This document shows positions 10,339-20,892 of a stretch of DNA of 64,000 bases, in pieces. The notes below the pieces were generated by a model. That model was given only the letters and a program-made list of their open reading frames with translations, was not told the origin of the DNA and searched no databases. Position numbers and translations under genes: made by a program. Numbering within the stretch: position 1 is the first letter of the stretch; the number at the start of each line of letters is the position of its first letter. The DNA is from Bdellovibrionales bacterium (GTDB lineage: Bacteria > Bdellovibrionota > Bdellovibrionia > Bdellovibrionales > CAYMLA01): assembly GCA_965217115.1 (NCBI GenBank), contig OZ244239.1:640001-704000 (forward strand), written 5' to 3'.

Positions 10339-11630
10339 TATTTAACCCTCCGCCCACGCATCTTAGGACTCTTCATCATCGCTTCATAACGACGGGGTGA
10401 AATCATCTGTTCCTGAATCTTTTGAACCGTATCAATAGCCACCGCCACAAGAATCAACAAACTCGTTCCACCAAAGTAAAAAGGCACCTTTGTCGTCTCA
10501 ATAAGAATTCCTGGCAAAACACACACAAGACTCAAATACAAAGCTCCCACCACATTGACCCTCTCCACCACCTTCGTGATGTAATCCGATGTGCTCTTAC
10601 CAGCGCGAATTCCAGGTATAAAACGTCCGCCTTTTTTTAAATTATCTGCCACTTCAGTAGGGTTAAAAACAATTTCCGTATAGAAGAAACAAAAGAAAAT
10701 AACCAATCCCACAAAAAGCACATTGTAAATGACCCCGCCAGGAGCTAACGACTCCTGCAAAGAAACCAACAATGAACTGTCTACAAATTGCGTCATCGTC
10801 GCTGGAAAAAGCAACAATGAACTCGCAAATATAGGGGGAATCACCCCTGAGAAATTCAATTTCAAAGGCAAATAACTAGCACTCGACCCAGAAGCTGACT
10901 GGTGTATAGGAAGCCGTCTCTGCCCCGCTTCAACAAATATCACAAAGCCAACAACAAGAACCATAAAGGACAATATGATAAGTCCTAACCCAGCACTCAT
11001 TTCTCCACTGGAAATAAGACTCACCAAAGAAGACGCTCCACTAGGAATTCCCGCTGCAATACCTGCAAAAATAATTAAACTCGCCCCATTACCAATGCCT
11101 CGATCAGTGATCTGCTCACCCAACCACATGATAAAACAAGTTCCCGCCGTTAAAGTCAGCACTGTCATCACTTGAAAAGGAATAAATCCCACGGATGGAG
11201 CCAAAACCAAAGAAGCCCCATCTGGAGCCTGTGAATTCATCAACCAAGAACTAATCCCGTAGCCCTGAACCACCGCCAAGATAACCGTTCCGTAACGAGT
11301 GTACTGATTAATCTTACGACGACCAGCTTCACCTTCTTTCTTCAGGGCTTCCAGATAAGGAACCGCCGACGTCAAAAGTTGAAAAATAATCGAACTAGAA
11401 ATGTAAGGCATGATACCCAAAGCAAACACAGAGAACTGCTGCAAAGCCCCCCCTGTAAACGTATTAAATAAACCAAAGATTCCGCCACTCTGCGCCTGGA
11501 AAAATTCCATTACTGCATTACCATCAACACCTGGGGTTGGAACATGAACTCCCATACGGTAAACAGCTAAAATAAAAAGTGTAAACAAAATCTTACGACG
11601 AAGCTCTGCATGTTGCGCTATACCTGACAC
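10335..11630 (-). CDS. secY: Preprotein translocase subunit SecY
   Basis: ALGIMPYISSSII, WLGEQIT.RGIGNG.SL, FIPGIR.G, GGTSLLI. Confidence 0.97.
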   Translation of the reverse strand: MSGIAQHAELRRKILFTLFILAVYRMGVHVPTPGVDGNAVMEFFQAQSGGIFGLFNTFTGGALQQFSVFALGIMPYISSSIIFQLLTSAVPYLEALKKEGEAGRRKINQYTRYGTVILAVVQGYGISSWLMNSQAPDGASLVLAPSVGFIPFQVMTVLTLTAGTCFIMWLGEQITDRGIGNGASLIIFAGIAAGIPSGASSLVSLISSGEMSAGLGLIILSFMVLVVGFVIFVEAGQRRLPIHQSASGSSASYLPLKLNFSGVIPPIFASSLLLFPATMTQFVDSSLLVSLQESLAPGGVIYNVLFVGLVIFFCFFYTEIVFNPTEVADNLKKGGRFIPGIRAGKSTSDYITKVVERVNVVGALYLSLVCVLPGILIETTKVPFYFGGTSLLILVAVAIDTVQKIQEQMISPRRYEAMMKSPKMRGRRVKY

Positions 11631-11642
11631 TTGACTATCCCT

Positions 11643-12110
11643 CTACGGTTTTTTTTTATAACTCTTTTTTATAATTTCTTTCTCTATTACTTTGCCACCT
11701 GCGGCCTCGACAGCCGATTTAACACTCTTAGTTACTTTAATATCTTTCAAAGTCACAGCTTTTTCAATTTTGCCATTTCCTAAAACCTTTACCAATGGCA
11801 AAGAGACAAGCCCTGCCTCTTTCAAAATAACAGGAGTCACTTCTCCATCAAATTGATTCAATTGTTCCAAACTCACCGTTGAATAACGAGTCTTAAAGGC
11901 GTTATTTGTAAAGCCTAACTTCGGTAAACGTCGCATAATAGGTGTTTGACCACCCTCAAAACCTCGACGAACTTTACCGCCTGAACGGGCTTTTTGCCCT
12001 TTATGCCCTTTACCCGATGTCTTGCCCCAACCCGAGCTATGTCCACGCCCAACTCTTTTTCTATCTTGAGTCGACCCTTCATTTGGGCTTAATTCTTCTA
12101 GTAAACTCAT
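11643..12110 (-). CDS. rplO: 50S ribosomal protein uL15
   Basis: [26 protein letters not shown]. Confidence 0.97.
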   Translation of the reverse strand: MSLLEELSPNEGSTQDRKRVGRGHSSGWGKTSGKGHKGQKARSGGKVRRGFEGGQTPIMRRLPKLGFTNNAFKTRYSTVSLEQLNQFDGEVTPVILKEAGLVSLPLVKVLGNGKIEKAVTLKDIKVTKSVKSAVEAAGGKVIEKEIIKKSYKKKP

Positions 12111-12131
12111 AACAAACTCTCCAGTTAAACT

Positions 12132-12320
12132 TTACTTCTCTACCGAAACATCCAACAAATGTTGCATTTTTGTAATCTGTCCACGAACCTGAGGAGTGTC
12201 TTTCACCACAACCTCTTGATTAATCCTACGCAGACCACCTATACAATTAACCGTATCCTTCTGTCTTTGCGAGCTTCCAATCAAACTCTTCTTTAATTTT
12301 ACACGAAATGATTTTGCCAT
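12132..12320 (-). CDS. rpmD: 50S ribosomal protein uL30
   Basis: LKKSLIG..., DTPQVRG; position between rpsE and rplO. Confidence 0.93.
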   Translation of the reverse strand: MAKSFRVKLKKSLIGSSQRQKDTVNCIGGLRRINQEVVVKDTPQVRGQITKMQHLLDVSVEK

Positions 12321-12332
12321 CAGTCCTCTCTC

Positions 12333-12803
12333 CTACGAATCACTTGACTCTATTTTTTTCTCTTTCTTCAATTGAGACAACCCTTCCAAAGTCGCTCGAA
12401 CTGCATTATGAGGATTACGAGTCCCAATACACTTAGTCAAAATATCCTTCACACCCATGGATTCCAAAATAGCTCGTACAGCACCACCCGCAATCACTCC
12501 CGTACCAGGAGCCGCAGGAATCAAAGCCACTTTCGCCGCTCCAAACTGACCTATCACTTCATGGGGAATTGTTCGCCCCTCTGAAAGATTAAAACACTGA
12601 CATGCCTTACGAGCTGTGCGACTGGCCTTACCAATCGCCATAGGAACTTCACCCGCTTTTCCTGTTCCAAAACCAACCTCACCAGCGCCATTACCCACAA
12701 CAACAAGAGCTGAAAAGGAAAACCTCCGTCCACCTTTTACCACTTTAGACACACGGTTAATCGTAACCACTCTCTCTTCAAAATCATTCACTTGATTTTC
12801 CAC
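12333..12803 (-). CDS. rpsE: 30S ribosomal protein uS5
   Basis: [32 protein letters not shown]. Confidence 0.98.
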   Translation of the reverse strand: MENQVNDFEERVVTINRVSKVVKGGRRFSFSALVVVGNGAGEVGFGTGKAGEVPMAIGKASRTARKACQCFNLSEGRTIPHEVIGQFGAAKVALIPAAPGTGVIAGGAVRAILESMGVKDILTKCIGTRNPHNAVRATLEGLSQLKKEKKIESSDS

Positions 12804-12816
12804 TAAAAAATCTCCC

Positions 12817-13179
12817 TTAAAACTTTAAGCCCGCTTCACGAGCACCATCAGCCACTGCTTTAACACGACCGTGATACAAGAAGCCATTTCTATCAAAGAC
12901 GACATTTTCAATTTTACTTTCCAACGCTGCTTTCGCCACAGCTTCGCCCACTTTTTGCGCAGCTTTTTTACCTTTCTCACTCATTTTTAACGACGACACA
13001 GCGACTAAAGTTTTTTTACTCACATCATCAATAACCTGTGCATACACATTTGCATTACTTCTAAAGACGTTCAAACGAGGTCTCTCTGGAGTCCCCTTCA
13101 CCGTCTTACGTATGCGAACCTTTTTCTTAATCCGATTCACAACTTTTTTTGCTGTTTTCTTATTAAATTTTAATTTCAT
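12817..13179 (-). CDS. rplR: 50S ribosomal protein uL18
   Basis: [24 protein letters not shown]; the ATG at 13179 has GGAG upstream. Confidence 0.96.
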   Translation of the reverse strand: MKLKFNKKTAKKVVNRIKKKVRIRKTVKGTPERPRLNVFRSNANVYAQVIDDVSKKTLVAVSSLKMSEKGKKAAQKVGEAVAKAALESKIENVVFDRNGFLYHGRVKAVADGAREAGLKF

Positions 13180-13237
13180 CTCAATAACTCCGTATACATT
13201 TGACTGGAATAAACCAGCTCTAATCATTAAAGTTTAA

Positions 13238-13777
13238 TTATTTACTTGCCGACTTACCAGCCTTACGACGAATGTACTCATCTTCGTATTTCACACCCTT
13301 TCCTAAATAAGGTTCAGGGGGACGAAAAGAACGAATTTTAGCTGCCACCTGTCCTACAGATTCCTTATTAGAACCAGTGACAGACACTTTAGTCTGCTTC
13401 TCCACCTTAATCGTAATTCCTTCAGGAATAGAAAATGCTATAGGGTGACTATAACCCAAAGCCAATTCCAAAACTTTACCCTTAACTGCCGAGCGATAAC
13501 CAACTCCATTTAAGATCAAAGTTTTACTAAAACCCTCAGTCACTCCCGTTACTGCATTCTGAATCAAAGCTCGATAGAGACCATGACGGGCACGGGACTC
13601 CTTCGTGTCGTCTTTGCGTTTAATGATAATTTTACTATCTTCCACCGTCACATTTACATGGGAACTAAATTCCACCGTTTCGGTGTTCTTAGCTCCCTTC
13701 ACTGTCACCAAATTATTACTAATATTGACTGACACCTTATCATTAAATGCGACTGGATCTTTACCTACTCGTGACAT
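13238..13777 (-). CDS. rplF: 50S ribosomal protein uL6
   Basis: MSRVGK.P, GVGYR, RPPEPYLGKG. Confidence 0.97.
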   Translation of the reverse strand: MSRVGKDPVAFNDKVSVNISNNLVTVKGAKNTETVEFSSHVNVTVEDSKIIIKRKDDTKESRARHGLYRALIQNAVTGVTEGFSKTLILNGVGYRSAVKGKVLELALGYSHPIAFSIPEGITIKVEKQTKVSVTGSNKESVGQVAAKIRSFRPPEPYLGKGVKYEDEYIRRKAGKSASK

Positions 13778-13786
13778 AAAACACAC

Positions 13787-14176
13787 CTACCAAACTTGGC
13801 AGAGAATTTCTCCACCAATATTATTTTTTTTAGCACTATCACCACTGATAATACCTCGACTCGTACTCACAATAGAAATTCCATACCCATTTCTAACGCT
13901 AGGAATATTTTTTGCTCCCACATAAGAGCGACGACTAAGACGACTCACTCTCTCTAACTTCTCTATCGCGTGACGACCTTCTTCATCGTACTTCAAATAA
14001 AGACGCATCATTCCCTGCTTACCATCATCCACAACATGAAACGCACGAATATAATTATGCTCTTTAAGTATTTTAGCGATTCCTTTTCTCATGTTAGAAG
14101 AAGGAACATCCACTTTCTCATTGCCCGCCATTCCAGCGTTGCGAATTCGAGTTAAAAATTCCGCTACCGTATCCAT
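13787..14176 (-). CDS. rpsH: 30S ribosomal protein uS8
   Basis: FLTRIRNA, STSRG, GGEILC.VW. Confidence 0.97.
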   Translation of the reverse strand: MDTVAEFLTRIRNAGMAGNEKVDVPSSNMRKGIAKILKEHNYIRAFHVVDDGKQGMMRLYLKYDEEGRHAIEKLERVSRLSRRSYVGAKNIPSVRNGYGISIVSTSRGIISGDSAKKNNIGGEILCQVW

Positions 14177-14206
14177 ATCAATCTCTCCTCACTCAAAACA
14201 ACTGTT

Positions 14207-14512
14207 TTACCAACTGGCCTTTGTTACACCAGGTAATTTACCAAAATTTGCCAATTCTCTCACTGCAATACGAGAAAGACCGAACTTTCTCAAATAGCCA
14301 TGGGGACGACCCGTCAACGCACAACGATTTCTCACCCGAATCTTAGAGGTGTCCCTTCTAAGGGCTTGCAACTTCCAACGAGCATCCTCTCTCTCTTCAG
14401 GAGTCAAATCAAAATCAATCGCCTGTTTTTTTAATTCCTGACGATGTTTTCTGTACCTTTCAGAAATTTCTTTTCTTCTTAAGTTCTTCTGTATAGATGA
14501 AACTTTAGCCAT
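14207..14512 (-). CDS. rpsN: 30S ribosomal protein uS14, long Zn-independent (C-) form
   Basis: 101 aa; [22 protein letters not shown]...GVTKASW, with only one Cys. Confidence 0.97.
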   Translation of the reverse strand: MAKVSSIQKNLRRKEISERYRKHRQELKKQAIDFDLTPEEREDARWKLQALRRDTSKIRVRNRCALTGRPHGYLRKFGLSRIAVRELANFGKLPGVTKASW

Positions 14513-14524
14513 GTTTTCTAACCC

Positions 14525-15073
14525 CTAATTCTTCTTAATAAAAGGCACCCCAAGCGCATCCAAGAGCGCCAAGCCTTCCTCATCTGTTTTAGCCGTTGTA
14601 CAAAAAGTAATATTCATTCCACGAACCTTATCTACCTTGTCATAATCAACTTCAGGAAAAACAATTTGCTCCTTCAAACCCATATTAAAATTTCCCCGGC
14701 CATCAAACCCCTTGGAGCTTATTCCACGAAAATCCCGAACACGAGGCAAAGTTACATTTGTTAACTTTTCAAAAAACACCCACATTTTATCTCTACGCAG
14801 TGTCACACGAACTCCCAACTGAGTCCCTTCACGGAGTTTAAAGTTTGCAATCGCCTTCTTAGCACGGGTAATTACTGCTTTTTGCCCCGTAATAGCCATT
14901 AACTGATCACCTGCTGCCACCAATAATTTAGGATTCTGCACAGCCTCACTCATACACATGTTAATCACAATTTTTTCCATGCGTGGCACTTCCATTACAC
15001 TCTTGTAACCCAACTGTTTCTGCAGAGCAGGAACCACATCTTCTTTATAATTTTGCACTAACTGTTTCACCAT
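14525..15073 (-). CDS. rplE: 50S ribosomal protein uL5
   Basis: [24 protein letters not shown]. Confidence 0.98.
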   Translation of the reverse strand: MVKQLVQNYKEDVVPALQKQLGYKSVMEVPRMEKIVINMCMSEAVQNPKLLVAAGDQLMAITGQKAVITRAKKAIANFKLREGTQLGVRVTLRRDKMWVFFEKLTNVTLPRVRDFRGISSKGFDGRGNFNMGLKEQIVFPEVDYDKVDKVRGMNITFCTTAKTDEEGLALLDALGVPFIKKN

Positions 15074-15108
15074 TAATCTCCAACATTCAATTCTATACTA
15101 GACTTCAC

Positions 15109-15477
15109 TCACAATACTTCCGGAGCAAGCGAGATAATTTTAACAAATTTCTTTGCCCGCAGCTCTCTAGCCACTGGCCCAAAAATACGAGTTCCAATAG
15201 GCTCCTTATTCGCATTCACCAAAACTGCTGAATTATTATCAAAACGAATATAAGTCCCATCTGATCGACGCAATTGGTGAATAGTTCTCACAATCACCGC
15301 CTTAGCCACGTCTCCCTTTTTCACCTTAGAATTTGGTAGGGCATCCTTAATAGACACAACGATAATGTCTCCCACTGAAGCCGTACGCCTTTTAGAACCA
15401 CCTAATACTTTAATGCACATAACTTCCTTAGCTCCAGAGTTATCTGCTACGGATAAGCGCGTTTGCATTTGAATCAT
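15109..15477 (-). CDS. rplN: 50S ribosomal protein uL14
   Basis: [27 protein letters not shown]. Confidence 0.99.
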   Translation of the reverse strand: MIQMQTRLSVADNSGAKEVMCIKVLGGSKRRTASVGDIIVVSIKDALPNSKVKKGDVAKAVIVRTIHQLRRSDGTYIRFDNNSAVLVNANKEPIGTRIFGPVARELRAKKFVKIISLAPEVL

Positions 15478-15498
15478 TTTATACTCCCTATCCTTTTC

Positions 15499-15786
15499 TT
15501 AATTCTTAGCCGTTTCAATAATTTCACTCAACATCCAACGCTTACTCTTACTCAAAGGACGAGTTTCGTAAATACGAACCTTGTCTCCAAGCTTAGCCAC
15601 ATTCTTCTCATCATGGACCTTCAAAACCGTTGAACGACGAAGATATTTTCCATATTTTCTATGCTTAATCGTTCTGTAAACAATCACAGTCACTGTTTTG
15701 TCCATTTTGTCCGAAGTTACCTCAGCAGTAACTTCATTCCTACGACCTCGCTCTACTGTTTTCATCTCTTTGTTTTTTTCCATCAC
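15499..15786 (-). CDS. rpsQ: 30S ribosomal protein uS17
   Basis: SDKMDKT, HDE.N, ETRPLSK.KRW. Confidence 0.97.
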   Translation of the reverse strand: MMEKNKEMKTVERGRRNEVTAEVTSDKMDKTVTVIVYRTIKHRKYGKYLRRSTVLKVHDEKNVAKLGDKVRIYETRPLSKSKRWMLSEIIETAKN

Positions 15787-15984
15787 CTACACCTTATCAG
15801 AAGCTTTCAATGTTAAAGCTGTCCCTATCTTCGCAATATCACGCCTTTTCATTCTTATTCCTAAAGGGTTTGTCAACTGACCCAAAGAATTTTTCATCTT
15901 CAGCTCAAAGAGTTCCTCTTTAATTTCCCTTCTTTTACTACGCAAATCTTCGACTGTTAAACTCTTCATCTCTTCGTATTTCAT
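15787..15984 (-). CDS. rpmC: 50S ribosomal protein uL29
   Basis: ELFELK...GQL.NP..IR..RRDIA; operon position. Confidence 0.95.
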   Translation of the reverse strand: MKYEEMKSLTVEDLRSKRREIKEELFELKMKNSLGQLTNPLGIRMKRRDIAKIGTALTLKASDKV

Positions 15985-15985
15985 A

Positions 15986-16393
15986 CTACACCCGTTCCGT
16001 AAATCGTGTTTTAAATGGTAATTTATGGGCCGCTAAACGGAAAGCCTCTTGAGCCTGTTCCTTCGTCACGCCTCTCACTTCAAACAAAACACGGCCTGGC
16101 TTTATAATAGCCGCCCAGTATTCAGGACTTCCCTTACCTTTACCCATACGAGTTTCAGCAGGTTTCTTTGTCACTGGCTTATCAGGGAAAACACGAATCC
16201 AAACCTGACCACCACGCTTAATATAACGATTAATAGCAACACGGGCTGCTTCAATTTGCCGAGAAGTCATACGACCAAACTCAGTGGCCTGAAGACCAAA
16301 GTCACCAAAAGAAATATCACTTCCTCGATAAGCAAAACCACTGCGCTTACCTCTAAACTGCCTTCTCCAATTGACTTTTTTAGGACTTAACAC
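15986..16393 (-). CDS. rplP: 50S ribosomal protein uL16
   Basis: [29 protein letters not shown]. Confidence 0.98.
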   Translation of the reverse strand: MLSPKKVNWRRQFRGKRSGFAYRGSDISFGDFGLQATEFGRMTSRQIEAARVAINRYIKRGGQVWIRVFPDKPVTKKPAETRMGKGKGSPEYWAAIIKPGRVLFEVRGVTKEQAQEAFRLAAHKLPFKTRFTERV

Positions 16394-17045
16394 GACCTGC
16401 CTCCTCCGCTTCTTTTTGGCTCAAGACATCGCCCTTATAAACCCAAACTTTCAACCCTATAATCCCATAGGTCGTCAACGCCTCTGCTACACCATAATCA
16501 ATATCCGCTCGCAACGTATGCAACGGCACACTTTTCTCTTTGTAACACTCTGAACGAGCAATATCAGCCCCATCCAAACGACCCGAAATCATAATCTTAA
16601 TTCCACGAACACCACTACGAACAGAAGCCGCCAAAGCCTTCTTCAAAGCACGACGCCACCCAACCCTTTTTTCCAACTGCATCGCCACATTTTCGGCAAT
16701 CAGTTGCGCATCTAAATCAGGCTTACGAACCTCTTGGATATTTACAAAGACTTCACTCTTTGTCTTCTTTTGAATATCTGCCTTCAAAGCATCAATACCC
16801 GCACCCTTTTTACCAATAACCACACCTGGACGGGCTGTAGAAATTAAAATCTTAATTTTATTTGCCGCGCGCTCCATCTCTACCTTTGCCACGCCCGCAT
16901 GGCGAAGTTTCTTCTTGATGAAAGTTCGCAACATTAAATCTTCATGAATATTTTGAACGTAATTATTTTTCTCTGCGAACCAACGAGAGTCCCAAGTTCT
17001 AATCACACCTACGCGAAATCCAATTGGATTTACTTTCTGTCCCAC
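16380..17045 (-). CDS. rpsC: 30S ribosomal protein uS3
   Basis: [32 protein letters not shown]. Confidence 0.98.
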   Translation of the reverse strand: MGQKVNPIGFRVGVIRTWDSRWFAEKNNYVQNIHEDLMLRTFIKKKLRHAGVAKVEMERAANKIKILISTARPGVVIGKKGAGIDALKADIQKKTKSEVFVNIQEVRKPDLDAQLIAENVAMQLEKRVGWRRALKKALAASVRSGVRGIKIMISGRLDGADIARSECYKEKSVPLHTLRADIDYGVAEALTTYGIIGLKVWVYKGDVLSQKEAEEAGRVKS

Positions 17046-17048
17046 TCG

Positions 17049-17381
17049 TTACCTCTCTTCCAATGTCACATTGAAATGACTTGTCTTTTTACGAATCAAT
17101 GTCGCTCGTCCCTGCGCACGGGGAATAAATCTCTTTGAAGAAGGTCCCCCATCAGCAGTCACTTCTTTCACATATAAATTATCCACATCAATTACTTTTT
17201 TGTTCTCAGCATTGGCCAACGCCGATTCAATTAATTTCTTTAACATACGTGCACCCTTTTTAGGAGTGAACGTTAAAATGCGGATCGCTTCATTCACATT
17301 TTTACCCCTCACAAGATCGACAACCAATCTGGCCTTCTGAACTCCAATCTTTGCATATTTTAAACTTGCCCTAGCTTCCAT
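17049..17381 (-). CDS. rplV: 50S ribosomal protein uL22
   Basis: KARLVVDLVRG, PRAQGRA..IRKKTSH. Confidence 0.97.
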   Translation of the reverse strand: MEARASLKYAKIGVQKARLVVDLVRGKNVNEAIRILTFTPKKGARMLKKLIESALANAENKKVIDVDNLYVKEVTADGGPSSKRFIPRAQGRATLIRKKTSHFNVTLEER

Positions 17382-17397
17382 TATTTACCACCTACCA

Positions 17398-17667
17398 CTA
17401 TTTTTTCTTTTTATCCGCATGACCATGAAAAGTCCGCGTAGGAGAAAATTCACCCAGTTTATGACCAATCATATTGTCCGAAATATACACAGGCATAAAT
17501 TTACGCCCATTGTGAACAGCAAACGTCATTCCCACCATCTCTGGAAAAATCGTCGACCGACGGGACCAAGTTTTTACGACCTTCTTATCACCTGTCTCTT
17601 GGGCCACTTCCACCTTCTTCCAAAGATGATTATCTATAAAGGGGCCTTTTTTAACCGATCTTGCCAT
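17398..17667 (-). CDS. rpsS: 30S ribosomal protein uS19
   Basis: [23 protein letters not shown]. Confidence 0.98.
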   Translation of the reverse strand: MARSVKKGPFIDNHLWKKVEVAQETGDKKVVKTWSRRSTIFPEMVGMTFAVHNGRKFMPVYISDNMIGHKLGEFSPTRTFHGHADKKKK

Positions 17668-17678
17668 CTAATATGCTC

Positions 17679-18503
17679 CTACTTGCGATTTCTTCGCTTA
17701 ACAATAAATTTATCAGTTCTCTTATTACTACGAGTCCTATGACCCTTACAAGGTTTTCCCCAAGGAGTTCTTGGATGATGACCTTTACCACGACCTTCTC
17801 CACCACCACCTGGGTGATCGATAGGATTCATACACATTCCACGAACCGTAGGACGTTTACCCTTCCAACGATTTCGCCCCGCTTTACCGATCGTGATATT
17901 CTCATGATCCGTATTACCAACTTGCCCAACAGTAGCACGACAAACAGAAAGCACCTGACGCAACTCACCCGACGGCAGTTTAATTTGACAATATTTATCT
18001 CCTTTTGCCGCAAGAGAAGCCGAAACACCTGCCCCTCTCACCAACTGCGCCCCCTTACCTGGACGAAGCTCAATATTATGAATCACCGTACCCGTAGGTA
18101 AATCCTTCAACTGCATAGAGTTACCAGGCTTAATATCAGCCTCGGCACTGGATAAAACAGTGTCTCCCACGTTCAAACCAACTGGACAAATAATGTAACG
18201 CTTTTCTCCATCCGCATAATGAAGCAATGCAATCCGAGACGAGCGATTTGGATCATACTCAATAGATGCCACCTTAGCTGGAATCTCTAATTTGTTTCTC
18301 AAAAAATCAATAATACGATAACGACGTTTATGACCACCACCATGATGTCGCATAGTAATTTGACCATGATTGCCCCTAGCACCCGTGTGATTCAATTTAG
18401 TCGTTAAAGACTTCTCTGGAGTAGCCTTAGTAATTTCTTTGAAATCAAAACCCGTCATTCCACGACGACCAGGACTCCTCGGTTTAAATACCTTAACACC
18501 CAT
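17679..18503 (-). CDS. rplB: 50S ribosomal protein uL2
   Basis: [33 protein letters not shown]. Confidence 0.98.
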   Translation of the reverse strand: MGVKVFKPRSPGRRGMTGFDFKEITKATPEKSLTTKLNHTGARGNHGQITMRHHGGGHKRRYRIIDFLRNKLEIPAKVASIEYDPNRSSRIALLHYADGEKRYIICPVGLNVGDTVLSSAEADIKPGNSMQLKDLPTGTVIHNIELRPGKGAQLVRGAGVSASLAAKGDKYCQIKLPSGELRQVLSVCRATVGQVGNTDHENITIGKAGRNRWKGKRPTVRGMCMNPIDHPGGGGEGRGKGHHPRTPWGKPCKGHRTRSNKRTDKFIVKRRNRK

Positions 18504-18506
18504 TTT

Positions 18507-18785
18507 CTAAACTCCCTCAAAGATGGAAATCTTCTCGCCCTTTTTCAATTTCACATAAGCTTTTTTCCAGTATGGAACCTTGCCCACACCGTGGCGATTT
18601 CTCTTAGCTCTTCCGCGACAAACAGACGTTCTCACGCTGTCCACCTTCACACGGAAAACCTTCTCAATAGCCGCACGCACTTCTACTTTATTTGCTTTAC
18701 GATCAATCTCAAAAACGTAAGTTCCTTCTTTCGTTTGATAAGTATTTTTTTCTGTCACTAAAGGACGTTTTATAATATTTAACAT
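18507..18785 (-). CDS. rplW: 50S ribosomal protein uL23
   Basis: P.VTEK, WKKAYVKL. Confidence 0.97.
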   Translation of the reverse strand: MLNIIKRPLVTEKNTYQTKEGTYVFEIDRKANKVEVRAAIEKVFRVKVDSVRTSVCRGRAKRNRHGVGKVPYWKKAYVKLKKGEKISIFEGV

Positions 18786-18787
18786 CT

Positions 18788-19423
18788 CTACTTCCCTGCC
18801 TTATCTGTCGCACAACGATTGACAATTTCATTCACACTGTCCTTGGTTATAATGACTGTGTCATATCTCAACAAATCATAAACATTTAATCCCGCCACAC
18901 TGTAATAACGAAAATCAGATAAGTTATTCGCCGCTCGATGGAACTTCTCATTCAATGAGCCATCCACGAGAACCGCCTTTTTCACTCCAAATCCAGATAA
19001 ACGCTTAAAAAGCTCAGACGTTTTACCCTCAGAATCCATATTTTCAACCACAAACAATCTACCCTCACGATATAAGTGAGATAGCGCCACGCGCAACCCC
19101 GCTCGTTTCACTTTCTTAGGTAAATTATAGGAATAATCACGAGGTTGAGGACCAAAAATCGTACCACCACCTGGCATTAAAGGAGATCGAGTCGAACCCT
19201 GACGAGCATTACCCGTTCCCTTTTGCTTAAAAGGCTTCTTACCACCACCGCGGACTAAACCCTTCGTCTTTGTCTTATGAGTTCCCTGACGACGACAGGC
19301 TAATTGCCAACGCACCACTGTATGAAGCAAATCCCTACGCAAAGGAGCCTCAAACACATCAGAGACCAAATCCACCTGACCCGCTTTCTTCTTATCCCAA
19401 TTTAAAATATCAGTTGTCGCCAT
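18788..19423 (-). CDS. rplD: 50S ribosomal protein uL4
   Basis: RQGTH.TK, KQKGTGNARQGS.RSP, FGPQPR. Confidence 0.98.
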   Translation of the reverse strand: MATTDILNWDKKKAGQVDLVSDVFEAPLRRDLLHTVVRWQLACRRQGTHKTKTKGLVRGGGKKPFKQKGTGNARQGSTRSPLMPGGGTIFGPQPRDYSYNLPKKVKRAGLRVALSHLYREGRLFVVENMDSEGKTSELFKRLSGFGVKKAVLVDGSLNEKFHRAANNLSDFRYYSVAGLNVYDLLRYDTVIITKDSVNEIVNRCATDKAGK

Positions 19424-19445
19424 ATCCTAACCTTCTAAAACCTAT

Positions 19446-20171
19446 CTAATTATACTTAACCAATTTAACCAAAGTATTACGAGCTCCGGGAACTGCTCCC
19501 TTAACAAGCACCACATTCTCATCAACAATCACATCCACTATTTGAACATTTTTAACAGTGGTATTTTTATCTCCATAATGACCTGGCATTCTCTTACCCG
19601 CCATAACTCGCCCTGGCCAAGTTCTGTTACCAGAGGACCCTGGTCGTCTATGGAAACCCGAACCATGTGACGCCGGACCACCACAGAAATTAAAACGCTT
19701 CATACCACCAGCAAACCCACGCCCCTTAGACTTAGACGTCATCTGCACACAATCACCCTTAATCAAACTACCAATGGTCACCTTCTGTCCCAAAACCACC
19801 CCATCGGGGAGACCCTGGCGAACTTCACGAATCAACTGAGGGGCATTCTCAAAAACCCCTGACTTACTCGCATGCCCTTTTTGTGGCTTAATTGTGTTCT
19901 TTGATTTTTTATTCTTGCAGCCAATTTGAATGGCTTCATAACCATCCGTTTCAGCCGATTTAATTTGAGTCACAAACCAAGGCTCATATCTTAAAACTGT
20001 CACTGGCACGGCCTCTTCGCCGTCATACACAGTAGACATACCCACTTTAAAGCAATACAAAGCCTTAAGCTTTAATTCATTGCTACTCTCTTGGGCTTCA
20101 GAAACAATCTCTTGAGTTTCAACAGCAGCCTCTTGCTGTTCGTCTTTCTGCCCCTCTTGTGCTTCACTCAT
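19446..20171 (-). CDS. rplC: 50S ribosomal protein uL3 with acidic N-terminal extension
   Basis: KVGM, DGYEAIQ, SKGRGFAG, HRRPGS, GAVPG. Confidence 0.97.
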   Translation of the reverse strand: MSEAQEGQKDEQQEAAVETQEIVSEAQESSNELKLKALYCFKVGMSTVYDGEEAVPVTVLRYEPWFVTQIKSAETDGYEAIQIGCKNKKSKNTIKPQKGHASKSGVFENAPQLIREVRQGLPDGVVLGQKVTIGSLIKGDCVQMTSKSKGRGFAGGMKRFNFCGGPASHGSGFHRRPGSSGNRTWPGRVMAGKRMPGHYGDKNTTVKNVQIVDVIVDENVVLVKGAVPGARNTLVKLVKYN

Positions 20172-20181
20172 ATTTCAGCTC

Positions 20182-20508
20182 CTAACCAGAAGATAACTTA
20201 ATTTCCACATCCACACCCGCAGATAGATCCAACTTCATCAATTGATCCACTGTCTGCTGCGAAGGCTCTAATATATCCAACAATCTCTTATGAGTTCTAA
20301 TTTCAAATTGCTCACGGGATTTTTTATCCACATGGGGAGAACGCAAAACCGTATAACGATTAATTCTTGTCGGAAGGGGGATTGGTCCCGCAATACGAGC
20401 CCCTGTCCTTTTGGCTGTCTCCACAATCTCTTTGGTCGATTGATCCAAGAGCTTGTGATCAAACGCCTTTAAACGAATTCTAATTTTTTGATTCGGCACC
20501 ATACCCAC
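20182..20508 (-). CDS. rpsJ: 30S ribosomal protein uS10
   Basis: [28 protein letters not shown]. Confidence 0.98.
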   Translation of the reverse strand: MGMVPNQKIRIRLKAFDHKLLDQSTKEIVETAKRTGARIAGPIPLPTRINRYTVLRSPHVDKKSREQFEIRTHKRLLDILEPSQQTVDQLMKLDLSAGVDVEIKLSSG

Positions 20509-20663
20509 ATCCTCAAGGAATTTTCTTTACTAAATACCTAATTATATTCACTTTTCTATATTTAACTAAGACACAAAACCAGCAAATTTCTCTCTTTTAA
20601 GAAGGTCCTTGCGCTTCACTGTTCACAGCGGGACCAGAAGAATTCTTGTATCACAGGAGGCCG

Positions 20664-20692
20664 AATATAGAAGGAAGCCTACAGGCTGTCAA
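20664..20692 (-). promoter_or_regulatory. sigma70 promoter of the S10 operon
   Basis: The minus strand reads TTGACA-17 nt-TATATT about 155 nt upstream of rpsJ. Confidence 0.8.
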
Positions 20693-20892
20693 ATTATTTT
20701 CAGCTTTTCTTTAGAAAAATCGACTATTTATTATGACCATCCAGACCTCTTCAAATTAAACTCTGAAATCAACCGAAGAAATGCCATTCTTCACCCACTA
20801 GGGGTGGTAAAATATATAGTGTTTAACCTTGAGCTATCACCAAACACCTCAAGACAACCAACTGGTCGTTATAAGACAGGCCCTATAACTCC

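Noticed and set aside
7065..20508. Numerous + strand ORFs antisense to ribosomal protein genes
   Set aside because: They are shadow frames of conserved genes with no independent evidence.
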